64,000 bases of DNA, taken from Collinsella sp. (GTDB taxonomy: Bacteria > Actinomycetota > Coriobacteriia > Coriobacteriales > Coriobacteriaceae). Position numbers and translations under genes: made by a program. Location of the stretch: the NCBI GenBank assembly GCA_031296755.1, contig JAUMMZ010000003.1, positions 1,797 to 65,796 of the forward strand. The letters are read 5' to 3'. The stretch's first letter is position 1; each line of letters starts with the position of its first letter. Of this stretch, positions 10,140 through 17,891 are shown in pieces. A model generated the notes under the pieces. It saw nothing but the letters and a program-made list of their open reading frames with translations. It was not told the DNA's origin and searched no databases.

Positions 10140-10592
10140 ATGGGATTTGTATCTGCCAACCAAGTGACGATCGGGTATACCGCCGCCTCGCGCGAGGACG
10201 CCCTGCATTATTTGTCCGAGCAGGCCATCGAGCTCGGTTTTGCCGATGACGCATCTGCCGTAGAGGCTGCCTTTATTGCTCGCGAGAACGAGGCCGAGAC
10301 CGGCCTTGTCGCCGGTTTTGCCGTTCCGCATGCCAAAAGCGACGCGATCCACACGCCGGGCGTTGCCGTGCTTAAACTGGCCGAGCCCGTTGAATGGCCG
10401 AGCTTCGATGGGGTGCCCGTCGATGTTGCGCTCGCGCTGTACGTGCCCGCCGGCGAGGCTGGAACCACGCACCTGCGTCTGCTCTCCAAGGCTGCCGTGA
10501 TGCTGATGGACGCCGGCTTCCGTGACAAGGTGCGCGCGAGCACCGATCCCGTTGAGATTGCGGAGCTCATCAATAGCGGACTCGAAGACTAG
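10140..10592 (+). CDS. PTS EIIA component (type 2, fructose/mannitol family)
   Basis: 150 aa with GFAVPHAK active-site His context. AAGGAAGG RBS. Last gene of the operon. Confidence 0.8.
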   Translation: MGFVSANQVTIGYTAASREDALHYLSEQAIELGFADDASAVEAAFIARENEAETGLVAGFAVPHAKSDAIHTPGVAVLKLAEPVEWPSFDGVPVDVALALYVPAGEAGTTHLRLLSKAAVMLMDAGFRDKVRASTDPVEIAELINSGLED

Positions 10593-10635
10593 AACGGTCA
10601 TCCCGTTCAATCAATCGATCCTTTTCCAAGGAAAA

Positions 10636-10676
10636 GGGCCGCGACGCCATAGAGGTGTCGCGGCCCTGTTTGCGTT
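10636..10676 (+). terminator. Operon terminator after PTS EIIA
   Basis: GGGCCGCGAC / GTCGCGGCCC stem followed by TGTTTGCGTTT. Confidence 0.65.
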
Positions 10677-10725
10677 TCCCCAGATAAAACCTGCCAAAAT
10701 AAACCTGTCCCTTTTTGGTAGGCTG
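10672..10725 (+). repeat. R-family intergenic repeat, copy R1
   Basis: GCGTTTCCCCAGATAAAACCTGCCAAAATAAACCTGTCCCTTTTTGG(T)AGG. Internal stem AACCTGCCAAAA / TTTTGGCAGGTT. Confidence 0.85.
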
Positions 10726-10764
10726 CGTCATAAAGCTTCTGTCTATGTAATAAAAGTACAATAT

Positions 10765-10782
10765 GATATATACGTTATATAC
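10765..10782. promoter_or_regulatory. Candidate operator or promoter palindrome upstream of HAD copy A
   Basis: ATATATA-CGT-TATATAC inverted repeat inside an AT-rich block. The block is conserved upstream of both HAD paralogs and contains a TACAAT -10-like hexamer. Confidence 0.4.
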
Positions 10783-10836
10783 AAGCTTATAACGCGCAGC
10801 AGATTTGCGGTAACGCAAGCCGATGAAGGGGTCGAT

Positions 10837-11487
10837 ATGATCAAGGCTGTTATTTTTGACATGGATGGAACGCTGATCGATACCGAGCGTTTGGACATGA
10901 GGGCATGGAAGGTGGGCGCGGCCGAGCTGGGGATCGCGATTGATGATGCGTTAATCCATCAGTTTATCGGCCGTTCGAATGCCGATGTTAAGGACATCCT
11001 TGAGGCGCATTACGGCAAGGGCGAAACCGCCGACGCGATTTTTGCCCGCAACATTGAGCTACACAGCGAGATGGCCAAGACCGACCTGGAGCTTAAGGCC
11101 GGCGCCGCCGAGTGCCTCGACGAGCTGCTGGCTGCGGGCTATCACGTGGGCCTTGCGACGTCGTCACGCCGCGTCGCGGCCGAGCGCAATCTTAAGACGG
11201 TCGGCCTCTTTGACAAGTTTGAGACGGTGACCTGCGGCGAGGACGTCGTGCACGGCAAGCCCGACCCCGAGATGTATCTGCTTGCCTGCGAGCGCGCGGG
11301 CTTAGCCCCCGAGGAATGCGCTGTGGTCGAGGATTCGCGCAACGGCTGCGTCTCGGGTATTACGGCCGGCTGCCATGTCTTTGCCGTCCCCGACATTGTG
11401 CCGCTGCCGCAGAATGTGGTGGATGGCTGCGAGGCCGTGCTCGATACGCTGTTCGACCTGACGGCGGCGGTCAAGGCCGTGCGCTAA
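10837..11487 (+). CDS. HAD-superfamily hydrolase (beta-phosphoglucomutase/phosphatase-like), paralog A
   Basis: MIKAVIFDMDGTLIDTE (DxDGT motif I), GLATSS (motif II), GKPDPEMYL and VEDSRNG (motifs III/IV). Confidence 0.85.
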   Translation: MIKAVIFDMDGTLIDTERLDMRAWKVGAAELGIAIDDALIHQFIGRSNADVKDILEAHYGKGETADAIFARNIELHSEMAKTDLELKAGAAECLDELLAAGYHVGLATSSRRVAAERNLKTVGLFDKFETVTCGEDVVHGKPDPEMYLLACERAGLAPEECAVVEDSRNGCVSGITAGCHVFAVPDIVPLPQNVVDGCEAVLDTLFDLTAAVKAVR

Positions 11488-11723
11488 AGGTATGCGCCGA
11501 GATCGATGACGGTGGCTTCGGAGTGGCCGCTTGCCTGGGTGCCGGCGCGCTCGGCGATCTGGGCGCCGATGCCGTGGCCGTCGGCTGCGGCATTCTGCTC
11601 TCCGGCGTCAATGATCTCAATTTTGATAACGGGATACAGGGCGAGGGCCTTGTGGATGCCAAGTATGCGCAGGGCGAGCTGCATGAATGCCTCCCTGTCC
11701 GTAACGGTGATTTGGCGTGGCAC
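11484..11723 (-). pseudogene. Truncated remnant of a LacI-family regulator gene
   Basis: The 79-aa translation aligns only to an internal block (FMQLxLRxLGIHKALAL..IKIExIDAGE..AADGxGIGAQIAER) and the last ~20 aa (..EATxIxLGAYL) of the intact regulator at 13596-14708. The HTH and most of the effector domain are missing. Confidence 0.7.
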
Positions 11724-11728
11724 TCTTC

Positions 11729-11781
11729 GCGTTTCCCCAGATAAAACCTGCCAAAATAAACCTGTCCCTTTTTGGCAGGTT
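11729..11781 (+). repeat. R-family intergenic repeat, copy R2
   Basis: Near-identical to R1. Its terminal ..GGCAGGTTA overlaps the TAA stop (11780-11782, minus strand) of the LarE-like gene. Confidence 0.85.
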
Positions 11782-12658
11782 ACTGATTCATGTTGCCGTG
11801 GATGTAGGGGGTGACCTCGGGGGAGATGTGGCCGCAGCCCAGCTCGCGCAGCGCGGACTCGATGGCGGCGGGCAATGGGGTCTTGCCCTCGGCATTGACG
11901 GTAGCACCGCCGAGGGTGGCAATCTTGGTGACATCTGCGGGAGCGGCCTCGATATGCATGCAGCCGCCGACCAAGCGCGCGCGTACCTGCGCCAGACCAA
12001 GATCGTGCAGGTAGTCCTCGCAGGCGCGGATTAAATCGACCTTCTCATGCGTAAGCTCCTCGCCTGTGGGGACGCGCGTGGCAAGACAGGCTCCCGCCGG
12101 CAGGCTCCAAACGGGATAGCCCCATGCGCGCAACAGCTCGCGCTCTTCGTCCTTGGTAAAGCCGACCTCCATAAGAGGGGAGCGTACGCCGAGCTCTTTG
12201 GCAGCGCGCATGCCGGGACGGTAGTCACCGCGATCGCTTGCATTGCTGCCATCGATGACGGTGGGAAAGCCGAGCGACTTAGCGTGGTTGACGATGGCGG
12301 TAAAGCCGGCGTGCTTGCAGTGGTAGCAACGGTTGGCGTCGTTGCAGGCTACTTGGGGGAGCTGCAACTGATCGACCGAAAGATTGAGCACGGGGAGCTT
12401 AAAATGCGGTCCCTCATTGGTTTGCCTGTCAACGGATCGCTCAAACGAGGTCTGTTCGGGCGTGCCGATGAGCGGCGTGGTGAGGTGAACGAGAAGCGTG
12501 CTGGCAGGCATGATGCGGGCGCAGACCGCGGCCAAAAAGCTGCTGTCGACGCCACCGGAAAAGCCGATGGCGACGCGTCCGTATGCCAAAAGCAGCTGTT
12601 CGAGCGCCGCGAGTTTGTCCTGAAGCTCCTTTGCAGGTGCGGTAGTGTCTGAAAGCAT
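11780..12658 (-). CDS. larE: PP-loop ATP-utilising enzyme, LarE-type sulfur transferase family
   Basis: GFSGGVDSS PP-loop, conserved Cys motif PAGACLATR, about 290 aa. AAGGA RBS. Confidence 0.6.
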   Translation of the reverse strand: MLSDTTAPAKELQDKLAALEQLLLAYGRVAIGFSGGVDSSFLAAVCARIMPASTLLVHLTTPLIGTPEQTSFERSVDRQTNEGPHFKLPVLNLSVDQLQLPQVACNDANRCYHCKHAGFTAIVNHAKSLGFPTVIDGSNASDRGDYRPGMRAAKELGVRSPLMEVGFTKDEERELLRAWGYPVWSLPAGACLATRVPTGEELTHEKVDLIRACEDYLHDLGLAQVRARLVGGCMHIEAAPADVTKIATLGGATVNAEGKTPLPAAIESALRELGCGHISPEVTPYIHGNMNQ

Positions 12659-12754
12659 GAAACGATCCTTACCGTTGAGTACTCGGTCGAAAACTATAAT
12701 CCTATCGGACTGCTCGTCATATGACTCCTGCCTATGTAACGAAAGTGCAATATG

Positions 12755-12771
12755 GTATATACGTTATATAC
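12755..12771. promoter_or_regulatory. Candidate operator or promoter palindrome upstream of HAD copy B
   Basis: GTATATA-CGT-TATATAC (7-bp arms, 3-nt spacer). Same conserved AT-rich block as upstream of copy A. Confidence 0.4.
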
Positions 12772-12831
12772 AAATTGTCAAATACGGTAGAGTTGCGGCA
12801 ATGCGACAGTGAGAGTCGATGGGGGATCGAT

Positions 12832-13482
12832 ATGATCAAGGCTGTTATTTTTGACATGGACGGAACGTTGGTCGATACCGAGCGTTTGGGGATTAAGGCC
12901 TGGAAGGCAGGCGCCGCCGAGCTGGGGCTCGCGATTGATGATGCGCTGATCCATCAGTTTATCGGCCGCACGCTGCCCGATGTCATGGACATCCTTGAGG
13001 CGCATTACGGCAGCGGAGAAACCGCTGAGGCGATCTATCATCGCCACAAGGAGATTCGCGACGAGATGGTCAAGACCGATTTGGAGCTTAAGGCCGGCGC
13101 CGCTGAGTGCCTCGACGAGCTGCTGGCGGCGGGCTATCACGTGGGTCTAGCGACGTCGTCGCGCCTCGCTACGGCCGAGCGCAACCTTAAGATGGTCGGT
13201 CTTTTTGACAAGTTTGAGACGGTGACCTGCGGCGAGGACGTCGTGCACGGCAAGCCCGACCCCGAGATGTATCTGCTTGCTTGCGAGCGCGCGGGCTTTG
13301 CCCCCGAGGAATGCGCCGTGGTCGAGGATTCGCGCAACGGCTGCGTCTCTGGCATCACGGCCGGCTGCCATGTCTTTGCCGTCCCCGACATTGTGCCGCT
13401 GCCGCAGAATGTGGTGGATGGCTGCGAGGCCGTGCTCGATACGCTGTTCGACCTTACGGCGGCGGTCAAGGCCGTGCGCTAG
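12832..13482 (+). CDS. HAD-superfamily hydrolase, paralog B
   Basis: Same motifs as paralog A. The 3' half is about 95% identical at DNA level; the cap region has diverged. Confidence 0.85.
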   Translation: MIKAVIFDMDGTLVDTERLGIKAWKAGAAELGLAIDDALIHQFIGRTLPDVMDILEAHYGSGETAEAIYHRHKEIRDEMVKTDLELKAGAAECLDELLAAGYHVGLATSSRLATAERNLKMVGLFDKFETVTCGEDVVHGKPDPEMYLLACERAGFAPEECAVVEDSRNGCVSGITAGCHVFAVPDIVPLPQNVVDGCEAVLDTLFDLTAAVKAVR

Positions 13483-13521
13483 ACAGCTGCGGCGTTGAAA
13501 CGGGCAATTGCCCACATTTAC

Positions 13522-13569
13522 GCTTAAGCATAAGGGGTCCGGCAATGGCCGGGCCTCTTATGCTTAAGC
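13522..13569. terminator. Long hairpin between convergent HAD-B and LacI genes (probable bidirectional terminator)
   Basis: 22-bp stem GCTTAAGCATAAGGGGTCCGGC / GCCGGGCCTCTTATGCTTAAGC with 2 mismatches and a 4-nt loop. Confidence 0.55.
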
Positions 13570-13595
13570 TGCGTTTTGGCATACTGGTCGACGTG

Positions 13596-14708
13596 CTATA
13601 GATACGCGCCCAGGTTGATGGCGGTGGCTTCGGCTTGGCTGCTCGCCTGGGTACTGGCGCGCTCTAAGAGGAACGGCCGCACGAGTTCCTGACGGTTGAT
13701 GTCCTCGGCGGCTGTGACCTCGGTGACGGTGCGTGCGGCGGAGCCGATACGGACGCGTTTGGTTTTTGTCGGCGCCTTGTTCTCGATTTGCTCCACGAGC
13801 AGCTGCACGCCCTTGCGGCCAATTTCGTAACCCGGCGGTGCCACTGTGGTGAGAGGGACCGACCCGCTCCATGCAAGCGGGTTGCCGTCGCAGCCGGCCA
13901 CGCGAACTTGCTTGGGGACGGAGATGCCTTTGTCGATCAACGCCGAGATAACACCCGAGGCCAATACGTCGGTTAGGCCGATGACAAAATCCGGACGCTC
14001 GTCAGCAGAGCGCTCGGCAATCTGGGCGCCGATGCCGTAGCCGTCGGCTGCGGTATTCCATTCTCCGGCGTCAATGACCTCAATTTTGATGTCGGGATGA
14101 AGGGCGAGGGCCTTATGAATGCCAAGCACGCGCAGGGTGAGCTGCATAAATGCCGCTCTGCCCACAACGGTGATATGGCGTGCGCCGCGGGCAATGGCGA
14201 GCTCGGCGATAATGCGCCCCTGTGCCTCGTTATCGGCGGCCACGTAGTAACCGGGCTCGGAACAGTGAATGTCCAGATGGACAATCGGCACGGGCATCTT
14301 GGTCATGGCGGGGTGCCAATCGGGGGATGCCATGGGCTGAACCATGACGCCGGACATCTGCGTGCCCATAAAATAGCGCAGGTAGTGGTCTTCGAGGATG
14401 TCGTCGTTATCGGCGTTGGCGATAAGCAGGTCGTAACCGTGCTTGCGGGCCTCGTTATGGGCGCCGCTGGCAATTTGGAGCGAGAAGCCGTGGTCGAGAC
14501 GGGGGAGGACCAGGCCAAAGGACTTGGTGGTGCCTCCTGCGAGCTGGCGGGCGCTTTGGTTGGGCAGGTAGCCAAGGCGATTGATGGTCTCGTTGATGAG
14601 TTTGAGGGTCTCGGGGCGCAGCTTTTCGGGATGGTTGAGCGCGTTGGATACCGTGCCCAGCGAGACCCCTGCCTCGCGCGCGACGTCGCTGATTTTTACC
14701 TTTGCCAT
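13596..14708 (-). CDS. LacI family transcriptional regulator with extended C-terminal tail
   Basis: MAKVKISDVAREAGVSLGTVSNALN HTH, with start at ATG 14708. The body is sugar-binding-fold like, followed by about 50 extra C-terminal residues. Confidence 0.85.
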   Translation of the reverse strand: MAKVKISDVAREAGVSLGTVSNALNHPEKLRPETLKLINETINRLGYLPNQSARQLAGGTTKSFGLVLPRLDHGFSLQIASGAHNEARKHGYDLLIANADNDDILEDHYLRYFMGTQMSGVMVQPMASPDWHPAMTKMPVPIVHLDIHCSEPGYYVAADNEAQGRIIAELAIARGARHITVVGRAAFMQLTLRVLGIHKALALHPDIKIEVIDAGEWNTAADGYGIGAQIAERSADERPDFVIGLTDVLASGVISALIDKGISVPKQVRVAGCDGNPLAWSGSVPLTTVAPPGYEIGRKGVQLLVEQIENKAPTKTKRVRIGSAARTVTEVTAAEDINRQELVRPFLLERASTQASSQAEATAINLGAYL

Positions 14709-14772
14709 AGCGGCCCCTTTGATGCGTTTCAAGTACAAGCCAGATTGTAGCATCGCCCGTCCCTAGGGTGTC

Positions 14773-14827
14773 AAAACCTGCCAATTAGGGACAGGTTTAT
14801 TTTGGCAGGTTTTATCTGGGGAAACGC
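14773..14827 (-). repeat. R-family intergenic repeat, copy R3 (inverted)
   Basis: Reverse complement of the R consensus, located in the LacI/glmS divergent intergenic region. Confidence 0.85.
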
Positions 14828-14839
14828 TATTGCCAACGC

Positions 14840-14878
14840 GACCACCACGAAGGGGACAGGCACCTTTGTGGTGGTTTG
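14840..14878 (-). repeat. P-family hairpin repeat, copy P1
   Basis: ACCACCACGAAGGGGACAGGCACCTTTGTGGTGGTT. It matches the reverse complement of 49877-49915 with 2 mismatches. Confidence 0.8.
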
Positions 14879-15037
14879 GACCGGCTGAACGTGTGTGCAT
14901 CGGGTGGTATCTAAGTTGAGATACCACTTCTGGTATATCAGCTTGCGCTTGCGTGAGTACAATACTCGAACGTTATACGTCTCAGCGCCCCTTGTGCGTG
15001 GACGTTTTGCAGTCACGCGAGCGAAGGGATTTATCCT

Positions 15038-16885
15038 ATGTGCGGAATTGTCGGCTACACCGGCTCTGATATTGCAAAGAACATCCTTGTCACGGGCCTT
15101 AAGCGTATGGAATATCGCGGCTATGACTCCTCGGGCGTCGCACTCGAGGTGGGCGAGGGCACGGCGGCTCACCTCGACGTCATTCGCCGCGTGGGCAAGG
15201 TCGCGGGCCTGGAGAGCGAACTTACCAATGTCGACAGCGACGCCACCTGCGGCATCGGCCACACCCGCTGGGCTACCCACGGCAAGCCCTCCGTTGTCAA
15301 CGCCCATCCCCACGCCAGCTGCGACGGTCGCATCGCCATCGTCCACAACGGCATCATCGAGAACTTCGCCGAGCTGCGTGAGGAGCTGGAGGGCCGCGGC
15401 CATCACTTTAAGAGCGAGACCGACACCGAGGTCTTTGCGCACTTGATCGAAGAGGCCTATGCCGAGACACACGACCTGATGGCTTCTGTGCGCGAGGCCT
15501 GCACCCAGGTGGTGGGCGCCTATGGTTTGGCCGCCGTTTCTGTCGATGAGCCTGGCGTGATCGCCGTGGCCCGCAAGGACTCCCCAATTGTGGTCGGCGT
15601 CGGCGAAACCGGCTCCTACGTTGCCTCCGACGTGATCGCGCTTATCGATGCCACCCGCGATGTCGTGGTGCTCGAAGACGGTCAGTTTGCCAAGCTTACG
15701 CCCGCAGGCGTCGAGTATACCGACGAGGCTGGCAACGTGATTGAGCCCAAGCTTACCCATATCGACTGGGACCTGGATATGGCCGAAAAGGGCGGTTATC
15801 CCGACTTTATGCTCAAGGAGATCCATGAGCAGCCTCGCGTCGTGCGTGATACCCTGGTGGGCCGCATGACCCCCGCCGGTGAGCTCGATATCGACGAGCT
15901 GGGCCTTTCGCTCGAGGAGCTCAACGATATCGACCGCGTGTATGTGATTGCCTGCGGCACCAGCTACCATGCCGGACTTATCGCCAAGAACCTTATTGAG
16001 GGTTGGGCTCGTATTCCTACCGAGGTCGAGGCGGCAAGCGAGTTCCGCTATCGCAACCCCATCATCACGCCGACGACGCTTGTCGTGGCCGTGTCCCAGT
16101 CGGGCGAGACGGCCGACACCCTTGCCGCCATTCGCGATGCACGCATCAAGGGCGCCAAGGTCTTTGGCATCACCAACGTGCTGGGCAGCCCGGTGGCGCG
16201 CGAGAGCGACGGCGTTATCTACACCAAGGCCAACAAGGAGATTGCAGTTGCCTCGACCAAGAGCTTCATCGGTCAGGTCGTGAGCCTTACGCTTTTGGCC
16301 CTGCTGCTGGCGCAGGTTAAGTACCGTCTGACCACCAAGCAGGCGCGCATGCTGTTCCGCGAGCTTTCCGATACGGCCGAGCAGATCCAGTGGATCCTGG
16401 ATACGCAGACCGAGGCCGTGCATGAGGCTGCCCTGCTGTGCAAGGACGCGCAGTCGGCGCTGTTCGTGGGCCGCGGCATGGGTGCCGCTATTTCCTACGA
16501 GGGCGCGCTCAAGCTCAAAGAGGTCAGCTACCTGCACGCCGAGGCCTACGCCGCCGGTGAGATGAAGCACGGCCCCATCGCCCTGATCGACCCGGGCTTC
16601 CCCGTCATCGCCGTGGCAACCAAGAGTGCCACCTACGACAAGACCGTGTCGAACCTCATGGAGTGCAAGGCGCGCGGCGCCAAGGTCATCGTCGTTGCCA
16701 CCGAGGGCGACGGGGAGATCGACAAGATCGCCGACTGCATCATCCGCGTGCCGGCCGTCCGCGACGTGTTCAGCCCCATCACGGCGAGCGTTCCGCTGCA
16801 GCTGCTCGCCCGCGAGGTCGCCATCCTGCGCGGCTGCGATGTTGATCAGCCCCGAAACCTCGCTAAGAGCGTGACCGTGGAATAG
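15038..16885 (+). CDS. glmS: Glutamine--fructose-6-phosphate aminotransferase
   Basis: MCGIVGY N-terminal nucleophile, two SIS domains, C-terminal ..LAKSVTVE, 615 aa. Confidence 0.95.
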   Translation: MCGIVGYTGSDIAKNILVTGLKRMEYRGYDSSGVALEVGEGTAAHLDVIRRVGKVAGLESELTNVDSDATCGIGHTRWATHGKPSVVNAHPHASCDGRIAIVHNGIIENFAELREELEGRGHHFKSETDTEVFAHLIEEAYAETHDLMASVREACTQVVGAYGLAAVSVDEPGVIAVARKDSPIVVGVGETGSYVASDVIALIDATRDVVVLEDGQFAKLTPAGVEYTDEAGNVIEPKLTHIDWDLDMAEKGGYPDFMLKEIHEQPRVVRDTLVGRMTPAGELDIDELGLSLEELNDIDRVYVIACGTSYHAGLIAKNLIEGWARIPTEVEAASEFRYRNPIITPTTLVVAVSQSGETADTLAAIRDARIKGAKVFGITNVLGSPVARESDGVIYTKANKEIAVASTKSFIGQVVSLTLLALLLAQVKYRLTTKQARMLFRELSDTAEQIQWILDTQTEAVHEAALLCKDAQSALFVGRGMGAAISYEGALKLKEVSYLHAEAYAAGEMKHGPIALIDPGFPVIAVATKSATYDKTVSNLMECKARGAKVIVVATEGDGEIDKIADCIIRVPAVRDVFSPITASVPLQLLAREVAILRGCDVDQPRNLAKSVTVE

Positions 16886-16908
16886 TTGGTTCCGCCGTTC
16901 TAGCGACC

Positions 16909-16950
16909 AAGGCCCGGCTCCGTTGCAGCGGAGCCGGGCCTTGTTGCATT
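16909..16950 (+). terminator. Terminator after glmS
   Basis: AAGGCCCGGCTCC / GGAGCCGGGCCTT stem followed by a T-rich tail. Confidence 0.6.
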
Positions 16951-16998
16951 TGCCCAGATAAAACCTGCCAAAATGAACCTGTCCCTTTTTGGCAGGTT
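16949..16998 (+). repeat. R-family intergenic repeat, copy R4
   Basis: TTTGCCCAGATAAAACCTGCCAAAATGAACCTGTCCCTTTTTGGCAGGTT. Its terminal GGCAGGTTA overlaps the TAA stop (16997-16999) of the GntR gene. Confidence 0.85.
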
Positions 16999-17728
16999 AG
17001 CGGAGCTTGCTGGTCTCGAAGTACTCGGGGAACTGGTCCAGAACCTCGGTTTGGTTGCGGAACATCATGTGCAGGTGCTTGCTGACCAAAAAGCTCGCTT
17101 CGATGGGGTCGCGACCGGCGATAGCGCGGCGAATCTGCTTGTGCTCGTTCACGATGTCCTGATTGTCGAGAACCTGCGTGGCGGCGCGCAGCCAGCGGAA
17201 GCGCTCCAGGTCGGCATTGGTCTCTTCGAGCCACGACCACACGGTGCTGCGACATGCGATGCTAAAAATCATGTGATGCATGAGGTTGTCGCTCAAAAAG
17301 AAGCCGATGCGATCCTCATCGGCCATGGCCTTTTCCTGCAGCGCGATGGCGCGGTCGAGCTGCTCGATGCCTGCCGAGGTGGCGCGCGCACAGCACTCCA
17401 CGATCACCTGCTTTTCCAGATGCTCGCGGATGTAACAGGCACTCTCGGCAAGGGTGAGGTTGATGGGTGAGACGTAGGTGCCACTCTGGGGCACGGTGCG
17501 CACCAGGCCTTCCTGCGCCAAGCGAACCAAAGCTTCGCGCACGGGCGTGCGACCCATATCCAGGTCATCGCAAAGTTGCTTGACGCCCAGCTTTTCGCCC
17601 GGCTTGTAGTCCAGGTAGACGATTTTGCGTCGAATGGTGTGGTAGGACTGGTCCTGTAGGCTCGTTTCCTGCTCGCCGACGTGCATCGATTCTTCCATAG
17701 CGCCTCGCAACTGTTCTATCAAACTCAT
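16997..17728 (-). CDS. GntR family (FadR/FCD subfamily) transcriptional regulator
   Basis: Winged HTH: KLGVKQLCDDLDMGRTPVREALVRLAQEGLV. All-helical C-terminal domain. No clear RBS. Confidence 0.8.
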   Translation of the reverse strand: MSLIEQLRGAMEESMHVGEQETSLQDQSYHTIRRKIVYLDYKPGEKLGVKQLCDDLDMGRTPVREALVRLAQEGLVRTVPQSGTYVSPINLTLAESACYIREHLEKQVIVECCARATSAGIEQLDRAIALQEKAMADEDRIGFFLSDNLMHHMIFSIACRSTVWSWLEETNADLERFRWLRAATQVLDNQDIVNEHKQIRRAIAGRDPIEASFLVSKHLHMMFRNQTEVLDQFPEYFETSKLR

Positions 17729-17891
17729 ATGTCAGTTGTTAATTATGCCGCGAATCAGCTCTCCGCGGTGGGTAATTCGGCTGTTGCCTGAGAACTATTG
17801 CGGCATCTTAGTCTGTGTTTGCGCAAGGCTGCGCTCAATGTTGCCGTATCATAAGCCGTCGCAAACGTGAAATAGAAAGAAGGAATCCCAT

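Noticed and set aside
10522-10836. N-terminal extension of the HAD ORF and the recurring peptide FPQIKPAKINLSLFGRL (also in ORFs 11717-12034, 16973-17470 and the end of 14771-16570)
   Set aside because: The peptide is the translation of the R repeat element in whichever ORF happens to cross it. The real HAD start is the ATG at 10837, with the conserved MIKAVIFDMDGT N-terminus.
14880-15037. glmS ribozyme upstream of glmS
   Set aside because: The conserved core elements of the glmS ribozyme are absent: there is no GACGAGG-type core and no P1/P2 pseudoknot architecture. The plausible leader is only about 75 nt.
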